Source: a bacterium
GTDB lineage: Bacteria; Sumerlaeota; Sumerlaeia; MVZB01
Length of the DNA stretch: 38,955 nt
Direction: 5' to 3'
Assembly (NCBI GenBank): GCA_023480605.1
Contig: JAMCWS010000349.1
Location: 6,132-45,086, forward strand
Of the stretch, positions 20,310 to 27,500 are shown piece by piece. A model generated the notes under the pieces. That model searched no databases. It was not told the DNA's origin and was given only the letters and a program-made list of their open reading frames with translations. A program made the translations under genes and the position numbers. Each line of letters begins with the position of its first letter. Position 1 is the first letter of the stretch.

Positions 20310-20725
20310 TGCTCGCGCGGACGCGCACCGTCCGGGCCGTATGCCGCGCTGGGGCCGATGACGCCGGGGTGAGTAAGGATTCGCGCAACGCCACTTCCAG
20401 CTTGGTCGTTTCATGTTCACCCGTGTTCAGGGAAGTATATCCGATCTCGGCCAGATAGTGCGTCGAGGCATTGGCTCCACTCAGCGGTTGATTGACACGA
20501 AAAACCGGGAGTTGATTTGGCAGTTCCTCTATTCCCTTCTTGCGGTTTGTGACGCGTGAGCTCCTCTCTTTGCGGGAAGCACCACAGCGCGTAGGGATGA
20601 CGAAATCCAGATCTTCGCTCAACCGCATGGATTTGACGAAGTTTAGGCACCTCTCGAATTGTGCGTTGCAGGATGTCTCACGATGGTTCGGCACAGACTG
20701 CCTTGCCCCTTCCTTCTTATTGGCA

Positions 20726-23137
20726 TCACCGCTCAATCATCGCGACGCCGGCCGAATAAGCCGGCAGGCTGAAGCGGATGCGCGGTCCGTCGATGGTGAT
20801 CGGTACGTTTTCGGGTCGAACCGCATCGGGCGTGTCTAGCGTATTGCGCGCCGCGACCGAGCCGGGCGCGATCAGTTGCAGCCGGACCGACAACGGCCGG
20901 AAGCCCCCACGCAATCTCAGCGCCAGATCGACGTCCGAACCGCCGGGGTTTACGGCTTTGACCACGACCCTATTACCATCCTCGGTGCGGGTGGCGACGA
21001 TGTTGAGCGGTCCCGCGTTTCCCTCCAGCGCGATCCGCTCGGGGGCATAGTGATCGTGCCAGAGCTTCATGACGACATAATTGGGTGCCGGGAACCAACT
21101 TTTTTGATCGAAGTTGATGAAGGCATTATCCCATGCCGAAGCCGAAATATGGCGCAGGAAGAGAGCGGGCGAGGCCATCCCCACGAAGGTGCCGCAACGC
21201 TCGAAGCCATTGAGCAGTCCACCGCAATAAAGTCCTGTCCGCCAGTCGGTGCTCTGGGCGTTCCACTCCGAGACGAAAATTTTCAAGTTAGGGTTGGGCG
21301 AGTTTTTGATCTGGTTCTCGATGGTCGTGAGAAAGGCCTCGTAGCGGCGCGGATCTTCGGCATACTGGTCAGGATCTTCATAATGATGAATGCTATAATA
21401 GTCGGCCAGCGTCGCGCACTCGGGAATCACCACCCGATTCCAGCCGCCGATTTTGGGGCTATTGTCGTAATCGGCACACCCGCAGATGGCGATCTTGATT
21501 GTCGGATCGACTGCCTTGAGTGCGGGCACGAATTCCCTGACGATTCGGCAGTATTCTGACGCTCCTACCGGCCAGGTCTCATTGTCGATTTCCCAATACT
21601 TGACCCCGTACGGTTCGGGGTGGCCGTTCAGCGCCCTTACCTTGCCCCAGGTGGACTCTATCGGCCCATTGCAGTATTCCAACCATTGGCAGGCATCGCG
21701 AATGTATTTGCTTCGCGGCGTCGCCGGATCGTGCCGGCCAGTATTAATGACAATGAGCGGATCTGCCTTCAGGCGCCGGCACAGGGCGATGAATTCATCG
21801 GTTCCGAATGAGTTTACATCCTGGTCGTCCCAGATCACGATGGGGGATCTGACGCGCTTGGACTGGGGGCCTATGCCTTCTTTCCAGCGATAGCGTTCGG
21901 CGTAAGCTCCCCCAGGCCAGCGAATGACTGGAGGCCGCAAACCGGCAACCGCTGATATAAGGTCTGGACGGAAGCCTCCGTCGCGTCGCACCGACTCGGC
22001 CATAAGGCTCACTTGATCGATCCAAACGCGGCCTGCGCCCACCAGTTCAATCGCGAGTCTCGCATCAGGGGTGTCGGAATCAGCGGTCAGGCGAATGGGG
22101 TATTCCATCCATTCCGCGGCGTCGATCGGCGCCGGCAACATGCATACCGCAAGCGACTTCTCACCTTCCAGGAGCCGCACGCGAATCCCCGGCCGCGCTT
22201 TGCCCCGCACCCAGACCGAGCCGACATAGGTTTCGCCCTTGCGCACTTGGATCGGCCCTTCGGCGATACCCGTTGCGGCGCTTGCCGGCGCAAGGGCGTC
22301 GATTCGTGCGCAGATCGCGCCATTGAGTGGGTTTTCCTTGCTGCGCTGGCAGGTGCCGGGTCCGTAGGCCCGCCATCGATTCGGCTCCGGTTTGGCGGCA
22401 GGAACTTTCGGAAGCCCTTCAAATAAAACGCGGCCATCCAAAGCCGTTACACGCAGATTTCGGAAACTGGCCGTGGTTCCCCAAGTGCCGATGCCCACGC
22501 CTCCCGCCAAGACGGGATCATCTATATCGGTGAAGTCAATCGTTGGCTGGTCATTAATATGGATTTGGATATGTGAACCCTCACACCGTACCCTGATCCG
22601 ATACCACCGCTCAGCCTGGACGGATTGAACAGCCGCCGACCTGCATCTCTGGACATAATTCTCACCTTTCACTCCTGCGCGCATCAGGCCGCCCCACCCG
22701 CCGGTGTTATACCAGTAGAAGCGCTTGGTATCATGTCGGCGGAAAATAATCAGGAGGCAATCTTGGCCATCGTCTTGACGGGTCTCGAGTGTATACTCAT
22801 AGTCAGTCCAGGTGGGATCGCCAAATGACTGACAAAGCCGGATTCCAAGGCTCTGCTGACGCAGGACATTCCCCTCGGCGACCCAGTGACCGCCGGCACC
22901 GCCCAAATACTGGGATAGATTCTCGAAACTGCGGTCGAAGACCAGTTCGCCCCACAGGCCGCCGTTGGCAGAGCGGTAAATGTGTTCGAGGAAATGGCCG
23001 TAGATTTTCGGATCGATCTGGTTGAGCACGATTTGCGGATCGACTGAAAGAGATATTTCGGCGGCCGTCGTTCCCGCCAGTTGAGTCGTCATCAGGATGC
23101 CTTCCAGAATCAACCAGCGGATGGATCGCGCCCTCAT
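20726..23137 (-). CDS. Alpha-L-arabinofuranosidase (GH51) with inserted DUF1080/LamG-like and CBM4_9-like beta-sandwich domains
   Basis: IYGHFLEHIYRSANGGLWGEL, IRWPGGAYAERYRWKEGIGP and YWEIDNETW are GH51 signatures. The start was moved to ATG 23137 because GGAGGA lies 5 nt upstream; the track start is 23158. The N-terminus is signal-like. Confidence 0.8.
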   Translation of the reverse strand: MRARSIRWLILEGILMTTQLAGTTAAEISLSVDPQIVLNQIDPKIYGHFLEHIYRSANGGLWGELVFDRSFENLSQYLGGAGGHWVAEGNVLRQQSLGIRLCQSFGDPTWTDYEYTLETRQDDGQDCLLIIFRRHDTKRFYWYNTGGWGGLMRAGVKGENYVQRCRSAAVQSVQAERWYRIRVRCEGSHIQIHINDQPTIDFTDIDDPVLAGGVGIGTWGTTASFRNLRVTALDGRVLFEGLPKVPAAKPEPNRWRAYGPGTCQRSKENPLNGAICARIDALAPASAATGIAEGPIQVRKGETYVGSVWVRGKARPGIRVRLLEGEKSLAVCMLPAPIDAAEWMEYPIRLTADSDTPDARLAIELVGAGRVWIDQVSLMAESVRRDGGFRPDLISAVAGLRPPVIRWPGGAYAERYRWKEGIGPQSKRVRSPIVIWDDQDVNSFGTDEFIALCRRLKADPLIVINTGRHDPATPRSKYIRDACQWLEYCNGPIESTWGKVRALNGHPEPYGVKYWEIDNETWPVGASEYCRIVREFVPALKAVDPTIKIAICGCADYDNSPKIGGWNRVVIPECATLADYYSIHHYEDPDQYAEDPRRYEAFLTTIENQIKNSPNPNLKIFVSEWNAQSTDWRTGLYCGGLLNGFERCGTFVGMASPALFLRHISASAWDNAFINFDQKSWFPAPNYVVMKLWHDHYAPERIALEGNAGPLNIVATRTEDGNRVVVKAVNPGGSDVDLALRLRGGFRPLSVRLQLIAPGSVAARNTLDTPDAVRPENVPITIDGPRIRFSLPAYSAGVAMIER

Positions 23138-23844
23138 CGTAGTCCTCCATCTTGTCATGGGGTCATCCTAATTCCACCCAAAGCTTCACTCAATGTACAT
23201 TCGGCGTCGCTCGATACTTGACAGAGCGTCAGATGGCCGCGCAGGCATCTTACCCGCGCCTTGGTTTCGACCATGGCGATTCTCATCACTCGTGGGGCGA
23301 CCGCACCTCGGATTGACCGACTTCACTTCGCCGGGAGTTCAACCCGCACGGGAATGAATTGAGCGCCTTTCCTACCGCTTGCACACACACAGCCCGTCTT
23401 CACGGCGCCGGCGACAGGCCCTCCCAGCGCACGAGCCAACGGCCGCCCTCGGGGGAACCCGGGGGCGGGGCGGTCGGGCGCGCTAACCCAGCCGGTCGCC
23501 ATCATCGCCGCGGCGTAGAGCAGGCCGCCGTTGGACGGGAAATAGGGGAAAGGGCCGCCCGTGCTGCAGCCGTTGGCCAGAAACCGGTTGCGCGGCGAGT
23601 CCTAGAGGATCGCGTTTGTGGTCACTGCTGGTTGGCCGCTGCCGTGGGTGCGGAGTTCGTCGGCTCGTGCGACGGAATGGGAAAAACTCGCCCTCGTCCA
23701 GGTCCCCGATGTCGATCCCGCCGGGCATGGGGCCGATCTTGACCTTTCATGCTGGCGCGGCGCTTCGGCGGATTCGTCTTTCCAATTCGATAGTCCCGAT
23801 CCAACATGACAAGCCGGATGAATCACGATGGGCCATTGCCGGAA

Positions 23845-23874
23845 GCCGAATCGAAAGCCAATGAACGATTCGGC
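23845..23874. promoter_or_regulatory. Perfect 9-bp inverted repeat (gccgaatcg N12 cgattcggc) 37-66 nt upstream of the sigma-factor start; candidate operator or 5' hairpin
   Basis: Read directly: gccgaatcg at 23845-23853 and cgattcggc at 23866-23874. Its function is unknown. Confidence 0.3.
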
Positions 23875-23910
23875 CGGCGGCGGTGTCATGGATTGTAGAG
23901 GGAGTCACGC

Positions 23911-24513
23911 GTGCGATTCGACGACGAGTTGATGCGCCAGATCATGGAACGGGCTTCGGCGGCGACGGACGCTTTCGAGACGCTTTTTCGCCGCCATGGC
24001 GAAATGATTCGCCGTTTCGTGCGCCGCATCGTACGGGATTCGGACGCGGCCGAGGACGTGGCTCAGGAGGTGTTTCTGCGCGTCTGGACGCGCGCCGAGC
24101 AATGGCAGGGGCGCGGTCCGGTCAAGGCGTGGCTCTACCGGGTCGCCCAGAATCTGGCTCTCAACAGCATGCGTTCAGCCCGGCGCCACCGGTGCGAGTC
24201 GCTGGACAGGGCCGCCGAGGCGGCGCTGGATGACGACGACGTTCCGCAGGGTTGGCTCGTCGACGCCGCGGCGCTGGGACCCCACGAGGTTGCCGCAGAG
24301 GCCGAGCGCTATGCCCTTGTGCGCCGACTTGTGGACAGTTTGCCCGACGACAAGCGTGAGGTCGTGCGGCTGGTGACCGACGAGGACCTGGGCGCGGCCG
24401 AGGCGGCGCGGCGGCTGGGGATTCCCGAGGGCACAGTCAAGTCGCGCTTGCATTACACAACCCGGGAACTGGCCACTAAATGGAAGGAATTGGAGAAGGG
24501 GGAATCCGAATGA
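23911..24513 (+). CDS. ECF-type (group 4) sigma-70 family RNA polymerase sigma factor
   Basis: GTG start with GAGGGAG 6 nt upstream. Region 2: AEDVAQEVFLRVW...WLYRVAQNLALNSMR. Region 4: LPDDKREVVRLVTDEDLGAAEAARRLGIPEGTVKSRLHYTTRELA. The TGA at 24511-24513 overlaps the ATG of the next ORF. Confidence 0.9.
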   Translation: MRFDDELMRQIMERASAATDAFETLFRRHGEMIRRFVRRIVRDSDAAEDVAQEVFLRVWTRAEQWQGRGPVKAWLYRVAQNLALNSMRSARRHRCESLDRAAEAALDDDDVPQGWLVDAAALGPHEVAAEAERYALVRRLVDSLPDDKREVVRLVTDEDLGAAEAARRLGIPEGTVKSRLHYTTRELATKWKELEKGESE

Positions 24514-27500
24514 ACATGGCACCCGATCTCTCGACGCCCTGGCATAGGGCTTCTTATGAGGCATTTCTGCACGAGCGGTTGCCGCAACTGCTTGGCGAGC
24601 GGCTGCCGCTGGCCAGTTACCGCGTGGAGTACATGAGCGACCGCTCGTGCCGTATCGTCCTGTCGCTCGCGATGCAAACGGGTGACGTGCCGCTCGACTT
24701 TGCCGGCCTTCCCCAACCGGATGACGAAGGGATCTTCATGATCGACGGCACGAAGCGCGTGGTCGTGCCCTTGGCGTCATCGGAGGATCTGAGCGCGGCC
24801 GAGGTCCGGTGTGTCGGAGAGCAGCTTTACAGCTTCATCGAGGCGCGCCTCGGGCAGGTTGGCGCCGACATGCCCGCCGATCCGTCATTGCTGCGGGCGC
24901 TCGTGCCTTTGGATAAGTGGTTCGCGGAATTTTTCTTAATGGGGCTCATTTATGAAGACGCAAGCGAACCAAAGGTGATCCATCCGACATCCCAGGCGCT
25001 TGACGTAACGAATTGGCTGGCGACTCAAACCCACCTGCGCCGAATCCTGATCGAGAATCCCCACTCGGTGATTCACCCCGGCCAGATGGGGCGCGCTTGC
25101 CCGTTCGAGACGCCCGAAGGCCCAAACATCGGTCGGGTGCTGTCGCTCGCATGCGGAGCAACCATCCGTAACGGCAAAATTATCGTGGTCGATGATGCGC
25201 CCGCGGCGGCCCTGGGCCTGACGGCGTCGATGGTGCCGTTCGTTGAACATGACGACGCCAATCGGCTCCTCATGGGTGTCAACATGATGCGCCAGTGGCA
25301 GGTGCCGCTCGAGCCCGAACCGGCGCTGGTTCAGACCGGCAAAGAACCGAGCGCGGCGGGGTTCTGGTGCGGCGTGAATCTCCTCACCGCCTTTGTATCC
25401 TGGGGGGGCGACACTTACGAGGATGGACTGCTCATCAGCGAGTCGTGCACGCGTCGATTCCGGTTCGAGCATCCGGTGGAGCCGGGCGACAAGCTCAGCA
25501 ATCGCCACGGACAAAAGGGCGTCATCAGCCGCATCGCCCCTGACGACGAGATGCCCCATCTGGCCGACGGAACGCCCGTGGAACTGGTCTGCAATTTCAT
25601 CGGCCTGCACTCCCGGATGATCTTCGGGCAGGTGTGCGAAGCCCTCGCCGGCCGGATCGCGCGCGCCGAGGGGACGCCCGTGGTCGCGCCGCCCTTCCAC
25701 GCGCCAAATGTGGACGAATTGCGCGAACGCCTGAGGCGCGCGGGACTGCCCGCCTCAGGCATGGAAATCCTTACGATTGGCAAAGATGGCCCGCCGCTTC
25801 AGCGGCCAAGCACCATCGGCTGGATTTACTGGGGCCGGACGGTCCACGATGTGCGCACGAAGCTCCACACCTTCGTGTCGACGCCGGGCGAAGGGCAAGA
25901 ACAAGGGGAACTTGAATACTACGCGTTGCGCGAGGCGGGCGCGTTCGAGAACGTGGCCGAATCTTTCAACACCCGTTCGGCAAGGCGTTCTGACGCCGCA
26001 ACACTCGCCGCGCGCCTGGCCGCCGGCCCGGTCGAACAGGCTCCGCCGCCGCCGCCATGGTTTGCAGACCTCATGAGCCGACTCGCCGCCGCGAGCATCA
26101 AGGCGACGCTCGATGAGGAGAAGCTGCATTTCAAGATGGCCGCGCCTTCCGAGCCGGCGCTCACGTTGGCCCGTCCGTTGCCCCACCCCTGGCTGGCGGA
26201 AATTGAAGTCGCCGCGGTCGGCGTCCGCGAGAACGACCCGTTCTACCACGCCCTGGCGCAGGCCAATGCGCGCGCCGAGCGGGCCCTGGCGTCCGGAGCG
26301 CCCGAGGTTCTCACGCACCAGACCCTCCACCAGCTTCGTAAACGCTTGACCGACTATTTCGATGGTCTGGTCCCTCACGAGATCATGCTTCCGAGTGAAA
26401 GGAATCTGTTCAGCGGCCGGTCGGTCATCATTCCGGGCGGGGATCTGACGTTTGAACAGGTCGGTCTGCCCGAGGGGATGGCGTGGGAGCTATTCGGACC
26501 GATTCTGGCGCGCGAGATGGGCGATTCGCAGGAAATCGCAAATCGGACGCCACGGGTCGCCGCAGCTCTCGACAAACTCATGGCCCGCTCGTGGGTCGTT
26601 GTCAATCGCCAGCCCTCGTTCTGGGCCGCGAGCCTGTTGGCCTTCCATCCGGTGCGCGTGCCGGGGCGGGCCATCCGACTGCATCCCCTCGCGTGCCCCT
26701 TGCTCAATGCCGACTTTGACGGCGACCCGGTTGCCGTCTTCCTGCCCATCACCGAAGCCGCCCAGCGCGAGGCCGGCGAACGGCTGAGTGTTGTGGGCCA
26801 GTTGCGCCGTGATCCGGAGCGGCTCCTGCCCTGGCTTTGCCCAACCCAAGATGCGTTGTGGGGCCTTGCCGCGCTCAGTTTCGATGCGGCCCGACGCGAC
26901 GAAATCCGCCGTTTGACAGGCGCCGATCTCATCGGCGCGGAGGGCTTCGTCACGCGCGCGTCGCTGATCGAAGGCCTTCGCGCCATTCATGAAGCCGAAG
27001 GTCCCCAGCGCGCACTTCAGGTCAGCGAGGCACTGATGCGACTCGGCATGCGCATCGCCAAAGAGAGCGGCGCTTCGTTTAGTCCCTTCTTCGGCGAGAG
27101 CGTCAGCCGCCCGCCCCTTCCCGCAATCGATCGCCGTGAGGAGTGGCTTGACACCTGCGCCGATCTGACCGAGCGAATCGCCTCACGCGTCGACTACGAC
27201 GCCGCGGACCTGGGGCCACAACTCTTGGCCGTGAAGAGCGGCGCGCGGGGCAATCTTCAGCAGCTGGTCAGCCTTCCCGGCACGCCGGGAGTCGTCATCG
27301 ACGGGGCCGGGGGCTTCGTTCCCGTGCATCGCGGCTTCGCCGAAGGGCTCCGGCCCGAGGATGCCTTCGCCCGCGTCTTCGGCGCGCGTCTGGGTTTAGC
27401 CCGGGTGCTTCTGGAACCGGCCAGCCTCTGGCATGCCTATGCCGTCGAGCATCCCGGGCCGTCGAAGGGCTTTAATGTCCTCGCGCGCGCCATGCGCGCC

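Noticed and set aside
20269-20736. A 155-aa minus-strand ORF and a 99-aa plus-strand ORF in the lower-G+C convergent spacer between the GH42-like and GH51 genes.
   Set aside because: They have no recognisable domain and no convincing RBS, and they overlap the ends of both flanking genes. A small real gene or gene remnant here cannot be excluded without a database search.
23323-23742. Short overlapping ORFs in the left flank of the cassette, including a minus-strand reading ..NRFLANGCSTGGPFPYFPSNGGLLYAAAMMATGW...
   Set aside because: The readings are fragmentary and spread over different frames, with no start or RBS and no family I can name. I treat them as possible gene debris only.
23862-23887. 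A candidate ECF-type promoter, TGAAC (23862-23866) ... GTC (23885-23887), upstream of the sigma gene.
   Set aside because: The spacer is 18 nt rather than the usual 16-17, and the -10 part lacks a clean CGT(C). That is too weak to call without a transcription start site.
24480-24509. The track's longer start for the polymerase ORF (MEGIGEGGIR...).
   Set aside because: ATG 24510 gives the classic ATGA stop/start overlap with the sigma gene and has a purine-rich SD-like tract at the right distance. The extra 10 codons lie inside the sigma coding region.
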